Source of the DNA: a virus
Taxonomy: Duplodnaviria; Caudoviricetes
IMG/VR virus record: IMGVR_UViG_3300032240_001377
Location: 1 to 56,601 of that record
Reading direction: 5' to 3' (one strand)
Length of the DNA stretch: 56,601 bases
Positions 1-8,977 of the stretch are shown here, one piece after another; position 1 is the stretch's first letter, and each line of letters begins with the position of its first letter. The notes below the pieces were generated by a model, which ran no database searches, was not told the DNA's origin, and was given only the letters and a program-made list of their open reading frames with translations. Position numbers and translations under genes: made by a program.

Positions 1-690
1 ATGGACTGCTTCGATGCCAGCAACGCCCGCAACACGGCCCTGTGCTACGCGCCTGACGGCTATATCGCCTACGTTGACGACTTGAGTGTCATGCTTCCTG
101 GGTGGTTGGACGCTGTTCTTGAGGCGCAGTCAGTGCATTACGTGGCCTGTGGGGCATACCGGAAGGTGAAGGATCTAGTCGTCAGCGATGGCGAGATACA
201 GAGTTTTACCCATCACACTCCAGGGGAGGACCATAGGCTTTGGCATAAAGCACATCACAATCCATGCCCGTCGAACTGGTTGTATGGATGTTCAGCCGCC
301 ATCCCTGTCGAAGCGCTGGAACTTATCAATGGTTGGCCTGAAGACTTTTGCCAGTCACTCAGCTACGAGGACTCAGTAACAGGACAGGCCCTAGCGGCAA
401 ATGGATACATCATGCGGTACGATCCAAGGATGATGACCTATGAGTCTGAGGAGCATCATCATGTCGGCACTCCGTTTTTCAGGTGGGACCCTGGAGTCAG
501 CCCGAACGACAAGTCCCATGCACTTCTGGACAAGTGCCGAGGATTGAAGCGATTTCCGAACCATTTCGGTGGAGGCTTCCAGTCCATCCATGAACTTCGG
601 AAGCACGTCCTGTCAGGCGGTGAGTTCCCTGTCCGCACCGAGCCCACCCATGAATGGTTCACTGGGAAGCGTTGGCAGGACATACCATGA
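1..690 (+). CDS. GT-A fold (GT2-like) glycosyltransferase, probably 5'-truncated
   Basis: ARN..L, YVDD (DxD-like), INGWPEDF..YED motifs of GT2/GT7-type enzymes; starts at window edge. Confidence 0.7.
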   Translation: MDCFDASNARNTALCYAPDGYIAYVDDLSVMLPGWLDAVLEAQSVHYVACGAYRKVKDLVVSDGEIQSFTHHTPGEDHRLWHKAHHNPCPSNWLYGCSAAIPVEALELINGWPEDFCQSLSYEDSVTGQALAANGYIMRYDPRMMTYESEEHHHVGTPFFRWDPGVSPNDKSHALLDKCRGLKRFPNHFGGGFQSIHELRKHVLSGGEFPVRTEPTHEWFTGKRWQDIP

Positions 691-1322
691 TCCACGCATA
701 CACCATCACCTGTTCCGGGAACGAGGATAGGCTTTCTGCTACCTTGAAGCACATCGAGGATTGCGGACTGATGGCATTGATGTGGTTTCATACTTTCAAT
801 GGCATCAACGGCGAGACTGCCGGGCTGGCCTGCACGAACTACCATACACTTTCAGACGGCACACAGTATACGCCCACTGCTAAGCACGTCAGCCTGTGCA
901 TCAACCACTGGTTCCTGTGGAAGCAGATTCATTGGAATACAAACCCAAAAATAGTTACTAAAGGTGAATATTCGCTTATCACCGAGGATGATGTCCGGTT
1001 CGTTCCTGGATGGTACGATAAGCTGGCCAGTGCGCTTCAGGATGTCCCCAACGACTGGGACCTTCTCTACATCGGTTCCTGCTATGCCAAGTTGAACGGT
1101 GCGACCCATGTGAAAGGGGATGTATGGGAGACTCCCAAGCCAAACTGCACCCACGCCTACTTGGTCCGTCACAAGGCCCTTCCTGTCCTGATCGAGAAGT
1201 GCCAGCGGATCTACACAAACATCGACTGGCTGATGGTGGAACAGGCCATCCCCCATCTCAGGACCTACTCGATCCTGCCTCGCATAGCCCACCAGTTTGA
1301 GATGGAGAACCTACCGGAATGA
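687..1322 (+). CDS. GT25 family glycosyltransferase
   Basis: FNGING, H..LW, ITEDD, DWDLLYIG and THAYLV motifs; ATGA overlap with upstream gene. Confidence 0.8.
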   Translation: MIHAYTITCSGNEDRLSATLKHIEDCGLMALMWFHTFNGINGETAGLACTNYHTLSDGTQYTPTAKHVSLCINHWFLWKQIHWNTNPKIVTKGEYSLITEDDVRFVPGWYDKLASALQDVPNDWDLLYIGSCYAKLNGATHVKGDVWETPKPNCTHAYLVRHKALPVLIEKCQRIYTNIDWLMVEQAIPHLRTYSILPRIAHQFEMENLPE

Positions 1323-1990
1323 ACCCATTCATCGAAACCCACGGTATCCGCCTGCTCAACGTCCCGCAGGCCCAGTCACTGATCGACGAGGTGATCTCGG
1401 GCGACTGCTACCTGATCGACACCATCCCATCCAACTGCCGGGTGCTGGACCTTGGGGCCTGCTACGGCGAGTTCGCCATCTTAGCTGCCAGCCTTGGATT
1501 CACAGTCAAGGCCGTGGAGCCGTCCAAGGACAGCCACGCCATCCTCTGCGCGAACGTACAGTCGAACAAGCTGGCTGGAGATGTTCGGGTGGTTCGCGGG
1601 GCGGCCAGCGAGAAGAAAGGTCCGCACCAGCACATGTACGACCCAACCCACCCTGCTGGGAGTGGCCAGAACGGAGCGTTCCTTGAGTCCGTCCAAGGCT
1701 TCACCATCAACGACCTGACGACTGGCTGGGACCATTGGGCCATCAAGATGGATGTGGAAGGGGACGAGGCTGGGCTGTTTGACTCGGCTGGATCATGGCT
1801 GCCGTTCACCGACTGGCTGTCCATGGAGTTCCATAACCACGACGGCGAGCAGTACGCCAAGGTCCTGCGGGAAGACGGGTTCAACGTGCAGATTTTCGGC
1901 GGTGGACCCAAGCAGACCAGGACTCCATGGGACCCTTCCATGACGGGTGGAATCGTCCACGCCCAAAGAATTTTGTCGTTTGACCGTTGA
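1319..1990 (+). CDS. FkbM family SAM methyltransferase
   Basis: VLDLGACYG, AVEP, IKMDVEGDE and MEFH motifs. Confidence 0.8.
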   Translation: MNPFIETHGIRLLNVPQAQSLIDEVISGDCYLIDTIPSNCRVLDLGACYGEFAILAASLGFTVKAVEPSKDSHAILCANVQSNKLAGDVRVVRGAASEKKGPHQHMYDPTHPAGSGQNGAFLESVQGFTINDLTTGWDHWAIKMDVEGDEAGLFDSAGSWLPFTDWLSMEFHNHDGEQYAKVLREDGFNVQIFGGGPKQTRTPWDPSMTGGIVHAQRILSFDR

Positions 1991-2027
1991 CAGCATCGTC
2001 AAGAGAACCTTTACTCACGTACAGCAA

Positions 2028-2699
2028 ATGAGCCTGTTGATCCAGCCACTTCCCGCAGACCTTGAGGCCCATGTTTTGGCCCACTACAACCTAATCAACG
2101 AGGGATGGTGCTGGCCGGAGAAGGCGATCAAGCTGGCTGAGATCGTCTGGTCTGTTCGTCCAAACCTCACTGTCGAGGTGGGTGTATTTGGTGGACGGTC
2201 ATTCATACCCATGGCGGCAGTGGTGGCCCATCTTGAGAGCGGATCCACTGCTGCCCTTCCGTCCCATGAGGCCCACGGCATTGATCCTTGGCTGGCCACT
2301 GCGGCCGTTAAGGACAACGAGGGGACGGAGCATGTGCCGTTCTGGTCCAACCAAGGAATGCTGGATGGGGTGTACAACCGGGCCAGTCAGGCGGTGGAGC
2401 GTCTCCAGTCCAGGGTGGTGCGGTTGTTCCGGGAGACCAGCGAGCAGGCTTTCGGACGGTATCCAAAAGGATCCATCGGAGTTCTTTCGCTTGACGGGAA
2501 CCACGCGGAGCCGCAGGCATTCGCGGACGTACAGCGGTGGTGGCCGAAGCTACAGGTGGGTGGTGTGTTCATCATGGACGACACATCCTGGGCCAGCCAG
2601 AAGAAGGCGGTTGACTGGCTGCGGGAGCGGGGAGATGTGGTCTGGCAGTACGATCAGGACGGTAACTCCTGCATCTTCTTCGAGAAGAAGCGGGACTGA
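2028..2699 (+). CDS. Class I SAM methyltransferase (Methyltransf_24-like)
   Basis: VEVGVFGGRS, GIDPW, LDGNH and GGVFIMDD motifs; TTGACA at 1987. Confidence 0.75.
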   Translation: MSLLIQPLPADLEAHVLAHYNLINEGWCWPEKAIKLAEIVWSVRPNLTVEVGVFGGRSFIPMAAVVAHLESGSTAALPSHEAHGIDPWLATAAVKDNEGTEHVPFWSNQGMLDGVYNRASQAVERLQSRVVRLFRETSEQAFGRYPKGSIGVLSLDGNHAEPQAFADVQRWWPKLQVGGVFIMDDTSWASQKKAVDWLRERGDVVWQYDQDGNSCIFFEKKRD

Positions 2700-2705
2700 G
2701 ATTTT

Positions 2706-2786
2706 CTAGGCTGCCGCAGAAGTTCGCTGTGACCGGCGACTATGGCATCCTGAGCGGCCGAAGTGACGAGCGGTCCGACAGCCTGG
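2706..2786 (+). ncRNA. Putative structured RNA
   Basis: Closing stem CTAGGCTG/CAGCCTGG with internal hairpins; intergenic. Confidence 0.35.
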
Positions 2787-2873
2787 TTCTTTTACAATTT
2801 AAGTGTGGCAGAAATGGTTCAATTCAAGTGATCCACCATTGACTTTGGTTTGAACAGTTCGTAGTAAATTCCT

Positions 2874-3401
2874 ATGACAAATGCAAGGCAGGCCGCCATC
2901 AGGTTCGTTGAAAACGGCGGGAAAGTTTCTAGCTGTGGAAATTTTGTATTTGGAATATCTGGAAAGCAACTGAAGAAGATGAACCGTTCTGGGTATTATT
3001 TTGTTAATGTTTATCTTCCTTCTACAAGACACAGGCATCGAGTCCATATCCATAAGATAGTTGCATACATGAAGTATGGCTCTGAATACGTTGACTCAAT
3101 ACTTGTCAGGCACTTGGATGGAAATAAGGAGAACAACTCGTTCAGCAACATAGCCATCGGATCTCACAGTGACAATTCAATGGACAGGGATAGGGACAGC
3201 AGGAGAAAAAGCGCCCAGATAGGCGGTAAGTCGGCAAGCAGGTACTCTGATGGATTTTGGGAATCCATAAGACTTGAGCACCAAGCTGGTAGCAGCTACA
3301 AGTCTCTAAGAAAGAGACATGGGATACCAATATCCACACTCAGCTACCAACTCACGAAAGTTGGAAAGCGTAAAAGATTTATATGCGCCGGAACAGCTTG
3401 A
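2874..3401 (+). CDS. Free-standing HNH homing endonuclease with C-terminal HTH
   Basis: HIHKIVA...VRHLDGNKENNSFSNI...N; AT-rich relative to neighbours; TTGACT at 2839. Confidence 0.85.
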   Translation: MTNARQAAIRFVENGGKVSSCGNFVFGISGKQLKKMNRSGYYFVNVYLPSTRHRHRVHIHKIVAYMKYGSEYVDSILVRHLDGNKENNSFSNIAIGSHSDNSMDRDRDSRRKSAQIGGKSASRYSDGFWESIRLEHQAGSSYKSLRKRHGIPISTLSYQLTKVGKRKRFICAGTA

Positions 3402-3474
3402 AGCTGGTGACACCGGAAGCGGGGCATGTCCTGCTGTACGGGTGCGGTGTTTGAATGCACACCCCGGCGCTCCA
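3385..3474 (+). ncRNA. tRNA-like RNA with extended anticodon arm
   Basis: Acceptor stem GCGCCGG/CCGGCGC + T-CCA; D-like CAGCT/AGCTG; T-like GGTGT/ACACC; no canonical anticodon loop. Confidence 0.5.
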
Positions 3475-3477
3475 ATT

Positions 3478-3581
3478 TCCCACCATCGCATCCGGACTGA
3501 TCTTCGCATTTGGAGGTGGCCGCTCATGGCGGATGACCTTCTAGCCCGTGTGGGCTGGCGTTGCCGGGTGCGGTGGTGGGA
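3478..3581 (+). ncRNA. Structured RNA, multi-branch
   Basis: 18-bp closing stem TCCCACCATCGCATCCGG/CCGGGTGCGGTGGTGGGA (G-U pairs give + strand) enclosing two hairpins. Confidence 0.55.
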
Positions 3582-3586
3582 TTCAA

Positions 3587-3667
3587 TTTTCAGTAATTCA
3601 GGGGCTTGTTCGCCGTGGATGTCGATGTAACCAAATGAACGGTACAAGCAGCGACCTGAGCTGAAAA
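3587..3667 (+). ncRNA. Structured RNA, long interrupted hairpin
   Basis: TTTTCAG/CTGAAAA, TCAGG/CCTGA, GCTTGT/ACAAGC and CCGT/ACGG nested stems. Confidence 0.45.
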
Positions 3668-3668
3668 T

Positions 3669-3781
3669 CGGCAGGAGGCCCGACGTGGCCGGGGAGGTTT
3701 TACGCATTTTACTCCCATCGGCCTGGAACTCGGATTGCCCGCGTGCCATTGCTTTCGATGGCGTACCCTGGACTCCTGCCG
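3669..3781 (+). ncRNA. Structured RNA, three-way junction
   Basis: Closing stem CGGCAGGAG/CTCCTGCCG with two internal hairpins. Confidence 0.45.
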
Positions 3782-3832
3782 CTCCTTTCTTCTCCTTGAC
3801 TGGACGTTCGCACAGGTAAGTATGTGGCCGCC

Positions 3833-4561
3833 ATGGCCGCCAGTCCTGTAAAAGCGGAGGACATTGATCCTCTCAACCCAGCCAACAGCCTCTGTGACGA
3901 GATGCTGAAGGCACTCCGTCTCCGTGACCAGATGCGTGAGTTCCTTGACTGGCTCCTCACTGTGGACGGAAACATCGAGGACAACGTGCTGGAGGGAATC
4001 GCCGACCGGTTGACCCCGGTTGGGTCCATCCAGATGTGGGCGTCCCAGTCCATGCCGTCAACCAAGTGGCTGCTGTGCAACGGGCAAGCCGTCAGCCGTA
4101 CCACCTACGCTTCCCTGTTCCTGCGGATCGGAACGGTGTTCGGGGCAGGCAACGGGTCCACCACCTTCCAGCTCCCCAACTTCACCGACCGTTCACCCAT
4201 CGGTGCTGGTGCCCAGTACACCGCAGGACTTGAAGTTGGAGCTTCCACTGTGGCCCTGACTGAGGCGAACGTGCCACTCAAGGAGCACTACCACGGCACC
4301 GGACGACGGGCTGGTGGCAGTGCCATTGACGACGCCAACAACGACTTTGAAATCATCATGCGGACGTGGACGAAGGATGGGGCCTACCACTACAACTCCC
4401 TTCAAGGTGACGGGTCATTGAGTGGCAACGGCAACTTCAACAACACCGGAAACTCGGCCACCACCGGCCCCATCGCGGACACTGTCGGCACCAACCAAGG
4501 AACAGCCCACACCAACATCCAGCCTTCCTTGGGCATCTACTTCATCATCAAGGCCCTTTGA
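3833..4561 (+). CDS. Tail collar domain protein
   Basis: PVGSIQMWA...WLLCNGQAVSRTTYASLF..IGT.FGAGNGSTTFQLP; C-terminal H.NIQPSL..YFIIK. Confidence 0.85.
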   Translation: MAASPVKAEDIDPLNPANSLCDEMLKALRLRDQMREFLDWLLTVDGNIEDNVLEGIADRLTPVGSIQMWASQSMPSTKWLLCNGQAVSRTTYASLFLRIGTVFGAGNGSTTFQLPNFTDRSPIGAGAQYTAGLEVGASTVALTEANVPLKEHYHGTGRRAGGSAIDDANNDFEIIMRTWTKDGAYHYNSLQGDGSLSGNGNFNNTGNSATTGPIADTVGTNQGTAHTNIQPSLGIYFIIKAL

Positions 4562-6690
4562 AGCCCTGCAAGGACATCACTATCGAGCCGTTGGCAGGTG
4601 GCCTTGATCTGAGGTCCGAAAGCGGGTCTGTGGATCCAGGCAACTACCGACTCATCCTCAACATGAGCGGAGACCGGGCTGAGTCCTGGTGCCGGATGAA
4701 TGGCTGGTCCAGGTACGGTTGGGACAACGATTGTGTCAACAATCTGGATCTCCATGACCAGATGATCGACGGGTCCGGGTTCTATTCGCAGCCGTACGAC
4801 TACACCTCAGGGGCTCGCTCAAACGTACTTGGGACAATCTATTCCCTGTGGTATGTGGCTGGCGCCTATGGTTACGGTCCTCTGCTTGAGGTGTCCACCC
4901 TAGTCCCGTCCGAGACCACCGAGTATTGCTACCCTGGCCTGTACTACCTTGGTGGACAATGCCATGAGGCTCCCACACTACTTGAATCAGTCACTTCCAC
5001 CACCGGAAAGCGCCGGCTGGTAGCAGCCACCAAGTCCCGCATCTACGCCGGGGACGACAAGGGTGGGAACTGGACCATCTTGGCTGACGGTTTGGGTGGC
5101 CCCACCACGGCGGAGGACTGCATCTGCTCTACCAAGCGGTTCCGTATGGCCCAGCTTGGCAACACGGTGCTGTTCACAAATGGAATCGACCCGGTGATGG
5201 CCTGGGAGATTGGGATGGCCCCGTCCGGCTGCTACTACTGGACGGCTGATTTCGTCACCGAACTCCAGGGAATCGGTGTCACCAACGCCAAGGTGATTGC
5301 TACCTGGGGCGGGTTTGTGTTCGCCGGAAACGTGCTGGATTCCGGATCCATACGTCCTTCACGGTTGTACTGGAGCGACTACAATGACCCGTACTCATGG
5401 GTTCCGGATGCCGAGTCCTTGGCCGGATACCATGACTTCGGACTGGGTGAGAAGATACAGGCCATGCACCCCATTGGTGGGAGGCTGCTGGTCTACACCG
5501 ACAAGGCCATCTACGAGGTGGTCCAGTCCACATCCACCGAGCTGGTGTTCGCGGTCAACGAGATGTACCGGGGACCGGCCATACCAAAGTTCCCGTACGC
5601 CATCATCAACACCGGCACTACCCATGTGTGGCTTGGGGATGATGACATGTGGACCATGAACGACTTTGACCGTTCACCCCAGCGTGTCCAGTGGATGCGT
5701 GGGGCCAGTGCGGCCATCTACAAGGGTATCAAGTCCGAGTATCTGACCGATCTTCCTGACGGAATCCTGTCCGCCTACTCCCCGATCAACAAGGCGAAGT
5801 GCGACTTGGCCAGCGGATGGTGGAACCCATTGGACCAGTCACTGTGGTTCAGTTGGCCCACCGGTTCGTCTGTCTGCCCAAACCTGACATTGGTTATCTG
5901 GACCCAGACCGGCAAGGCCAGCCTGGTTGACCATGGCATCCTGGCCGCCACTGTCCATCGTCCCGACACGTCCCCAACGCTCAGGGATTTCCTTGGGGAC
6001 TACGGGCTGTGCGACCCTTCTACTCTCCGTTCCACAAAGGAGGGTGATCCATGCCCTGTGGACTTCACTCCAGTTAGCTACACTGGTCTTGTAAACTCCA
6101 CGGAGAATTTTTCACTAGGAGTGAAACAGGGATCATTGTTGTCGAATTTCTGCAACATGAGTCTGGATGAACTTTGCCGGGCTTGTGAGGCTGGTGAACG
6201 GTGGCTGTTTGTCAGCGCATCAGACAAGGCTATCAAGGAGTTCACAAAGGCAAACTATTCGCGCCAGCAGTTGAGCACTTCCGAGGATGTCACATTCCCG
6301 GCAGTGGGTGAGGCTACATACACTGCATCGTCCTACCCGTCTCTGATCCAGACGGATGGCATGAACTTCAAGTCGTCCACTGAGAAGCGGGTACAGGCCA
6401 TGAGCGTGGAGTTCACCGCCGAGGACCAGACGGTCCCAGGGGTTCTCTATGCAGCGGTTGGGGCGGGTTCACAGCCAAGCTGTCTGGACTGGGAAACTGC
6501 TGATGGAGTGGATCTTGAATGTCTTGATGCGCCTACCGACAGCCAGACACGTGCCACCAAGATACCTCGCTACGCTTTCTGGGTGGACGGTGTGAACATC
6601 GCCTGGAGAATCTGGACCAACGGTACTGGTAATGCGTTCTGTCTGAGTGGTGTCACACTGAAGATGCAGGGTGCTACCAAGTGCTGGTGA
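4558..6690 (+). CDS. Tail tube / head-closure protein (P22 gp10 / T7 gp12-like), Cys-rich
   Basis: Beta-rich 710 aa, N-terminal GGL, RLYWSD motif, position before ejection genes. Confidence 0.55.
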   Translation: MKPCKDITIEPLAGGLDLRSESGSVDPGNYRLILNMSGDRAESWCRMNGWSRYGWDNDCVNNLDLHDQMIDGSGFYSQPYDYTSGARSNVLGTIYSLWYVAGAYGYGPLLEVSTLVPSETTEYCYPGLYYLGGQCHEAPTLLESVTSTTGKRRLVAATKSRIYAGDDKGGNWTILADGLGGPTTAEDCICSTKRFRMAQLGNTVLFTNGIDPVMAWEIGMAPSGCYYWTADFVTELQGIGVTNAKVIATWGGFVFAGNVLDSGSIRPSRLYWSDYNDPYSWVPDAESLAGYHDFGLGEKIQAMHPIGGRLLVYTDKAIYEVVQSTSTELVFAVNEMYRGPAIPKFPYAIINTGTTHVWLGDDDMWTMNDFDRSPQRVQWMRGASAAIYKGIKSEYLTDLPDGILSAYSPINKAKCDLASGWWNPLDQSLWFSWPTGSSVCPNLTLVIWTQTGKASLVDHGILAATVHRPDTSPTLRDFLGDYGLCDPSTLRSTKEGDPCPVDFTPVSYTGLVNSTENFSLGVKQGSLLSNFCNMSLDELCRACEAGERWLFVSASDKAIKEFTKANYSRQQLSTSEDVTFPAVGEATYTASSYPSLIQTDGMNFKSSTEKRVQAMSVEFTAEDQTVPGVLYAAVGAGSQPSCLDWETADGVDLECLDAPTDSQTRATKIPRYAFWVDGVNIAWRIWTNGTGNAFCLSGVTLKMQGATKCW

Positions 6691-6705
6691 AATACATGGA
6701 CAAAT

Positions 6706-6909
6706 ATGGCAGCCAACCCCAGTTTTAGCAGGGCCAGTGCAGAACGGTCCACGGCGGACGAGTTCCAGTTCAGCGAGTTCCCGGAGATCCCGGTGAGCAT
6801 GTTGAACAGGTTTCCGGAACTGCGGCCGTGGGAAGCCAGTGTGAAGGTTTGGAATGAGCAGAACTCTCGCCGGCTCCGTGACGCATTGACCGCATTGAAA
6901 GGACGTTGA
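6706..6909 (+). CDS. Small hypothetical virion-module protein
   Basis: Fills the gap between tail and ejection genes. Confidence 0.5.
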   Translation: MAANPSFSRASAERSTADEFQFSEFPEIPVSMLNRFPELRPWEASVKVWNEQNSRRLRDALTALKGR

Positions 6910-6912
6910 CCT

Positions 6913-7992
6913 ATGGCATTTCAGGATCCAATCGCCGGCATCGTTGGCATGTTCGGGGACACCAAATACGAGACGCTGTACAACGACAATGAGGCGTTGC
7001 GTCCAGCCTTGGTGGATTCTGTCCGCCAGCTTGGCATCGACCGTAATGCCGACCAGCGCACGGTGGACCAGATCCAGGGTGAGGTGGCCAATGCCCAGGA
7101 TCTGTACCGGCAGATCACCCCGGAGGACCTGTCTGTCCTGGGCCAAATTGCCCGGAACTCTGCTGTCAATCCGCTGGACAACTTCGATGCCCTGTCCTCA
7201 CGCTACTCCAATCTCGCCAACAGCTTCGCCGACCGCATGGCTGGTGCTGGGCTGGGTGCGGTGGACAAGCTAAACCTGAGCCGCACTGGGTTTGGTGGGC
7301 GCGGCGGTGGTGGCCGGTCCCGGTTTGAGACCATTCTTTCCACCAACCGTTCCAATCAGGCGGCACTGCCCCTGTTCCAGACAGCCCTGTCCTCGATCTC
7401 TCCGGCCACCTCGGCCCTGAGCAATTCGACGGCACAGCAGGCCAACACCGCCATGCAGGCCATCGCGGCCCGTGGCAACCTTCCTCTCCGTGGGGTGGGT
7501 CTTTCGTTCCTGCCCATGCAGGCGCGGGGCGAGGCGGCTCAACGGAATGCCGCACTGCTTGGTTCCCTGACAAACACCAACCAGGCCAACATCATGGGCT
7601 ACAAGGCCCACGACAACTGGGCCAAGAAGCTGTCCGACTACGGCAACCAGCAGGCTGGTCAGATCATGGACCTGGCGAAGACGGCGGCCTCGATGTACTT
7701 CGGTGGCGGTCTAGGTGGTGCGGCCGGTGCTCTCGGGGGCGGTGGAGGTGGAGGTGGAGGCGGGTTCTCCCAAATCTTCGGTCTCCTCAACCAAGGTCAG
7801 GGCCAGGGTGGTCAGGGCCAGGTCAGCAACAATGTGTACAACCCGCAGTTCGGAAGCTATCAGCAGAGCCCGTACGCCATCGGTAATCCCGGGACTGTCA
7901 GCTATGGCGGTGGTTCCCAGCCGTTGATTCCTCCTCGCCAGAACAATCCCTACGCCATTGGCGGAAACTTCGGTGTCTCCTACGGAGGATAA
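6913..7992 (+). CDS. Putative DNA ejection / internal virion protein
   Basis: Gly/Ala/Gln-rich, Cys-free, position typical of P22 gp7-like genes. Confidence 0.55.
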   Translation: MAFQDPIAGIVGMFGDTKYETLYNDNEALRPALVDSVRQLGIDRNADQRTVDQIQGEVANAQDLYRQITPEDLSVLGQIARNSAVNPLDNFDALSSRYSNLANSFADRMAGAGLGAVDKLNLSRTGFGGRGGGGRSRFETILSTNRSNQAALPLFQTALSSISPATSALSNSTAQQANTAMQAIAARGNLPLRGVGLSFLPMQARGEAAQRNAALLGSLTNTNQANIMGYKAHDNWAKKLSDYGNQQAGQIMDLAKTAASMYFGGGLGGAAGALGGGGGGGGGGFSQIFGLLNQGQGQGGQGQVSNNVYNPQFGSYQQSPYAIGNPGTVSYGGGSQPLIPPRQNNPYAIGGNFGVSYGG

Positions 7993-7996
7993 TTTC

Positions 7997-8914
7997 ATGC
8001 CATCCAGCACCCTATTCACCAATCCTGTGGTGGCCCAGCAGCAGATGGCTGCCGACCAGTACGCTCTCCAGTCCCGTGCCCAGGAGCAGGCGGACCGTGA
8101 CGCCTTGCTGTCCAACATCCGGGAACTCCAGAAGATCCAGTCTGGTGAACGGGTGGCCAACAACCAGGTTGGTGCCCAGCGTTACCAGACGGAAGCCTAC
8201 CGGGACGTGGCCACCGGTCAGAACCAGATCGGCCGGGACCGTCTGACCAGCGAGGCTGCCATGGCCAAGGACAAGCTGGATCTGGACCGCCAAATTGCAG
8301 AGAACCAGAAGGTATTCAACAATGCCAACCTGGCCACCCAGGAGCGGATCGCCCAGATCAACGCGAACCGGTCGCTGATGCGTCCACAGGACATTGTTGA
8401 GGTAGGGAGGCTGGTCACCGACCACAACGTCCAGGCCGACGACTTCAACTCCAAGGCCCAGAACGCCGTGGCCATCATCCAGTCCCTGGCTGGTGACCTT
8501 GGAAAGCAGAAGGCAAACACTGGTCTCTACACCCGCCAATCTGTCCTTGATGCAGCCGGCACTGCTGGCAAGACCAACATCGACCTGATCCGCACCATCA
8601 TCGGTTCCCATCCTGAACTTGTGGACTATGTGGACATCTCCGGTACTGAGATCAAGCCGCGTGTCATGTCCAAGGTGGAGGCGAAGAACGGGATGCTTGT
8701 CCCCATCACTCCCACCTTCACAAAGCCTACTGTGACCCCGGCCGCTGAGTCCATGACAGGAATGGATGGTGGCGTGGCCATGCCTGAGTCCAACCTGGCG
8801 AGGATCAGGGCCATCGCCAATGGTGCTGGTGCTGTCACGCCAATCCAGGCTGGCCAGACAAATGGATATTCGCTTCCGAAGTACAAGGGCTACGGAATCA
8901 ACGTCCGCAACTGA
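7997..8914 (+). CDS. Putative DNA ejection / internal virion protein
   Basis: Gln/Ala-rich coiled coil, Cys-free, synteny. Confidence 0.55.
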   Translation: MPSSTLFTNPVVAQQQMAADQYALQSRAQEQADRDALLSNIRELQKIQSGERVANNQVGAQRYQTEAYRDVATGQNQIGRDRLTSEAAMAKDKLDLDRQIAENQKVFNNANLATQERIAQINANRSLMRPQDIVEVGRLVTDHNVQADDFNSKAQNAVAIIQSLAGDLGKQKANTGLYTRQSVLDAAGTAGKTNIDLIRTIIGSHPELVDYVDISGTEIKPRVMSKVEAKNGMLVPITPTFTKPTVTPAAESMTGMDGGVAMPESNLARIRAIANGAGAVTPIQAGQTNGYSLPKYKGYGINVRN

Positions 8915-8977
8915 CTCACATTCCACTTGAACCGGCAGTGAGATGAGTGGCACTTTGGACTGGCCAAAAGGCTGTCC

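Noticed and set aside
2709-2771. HDV-like / theta ribozyme
   Set aside because: P1- and P2-like pairings and a CGAA are present, but L3, P1.1 and P4 are non-canonical and an alternative fold is stronger
3425-3431. CATGTCC shared between the tRNA-like loop and the 38779 hairpin loop (possible trans-targeting)
   Set aside because: A 7-nt match is expected by chance in 56 kb; not supportable without covariation
3385-3474. Canonical tRNA-Met(CAT)
   Set aside because: CAT sits in a 4-nt loop on an over-long arm, and the T loop lacks TTCG
2700-3800. Group I intron carrying the HNH gene
   Set aside because: No interrupted gene and no P7 partner for GACTA at 2738
7700-7820. GGT/GGA repeat
   Set aside because: Encodes the poly-Gly/Gln linker of an ejection protein
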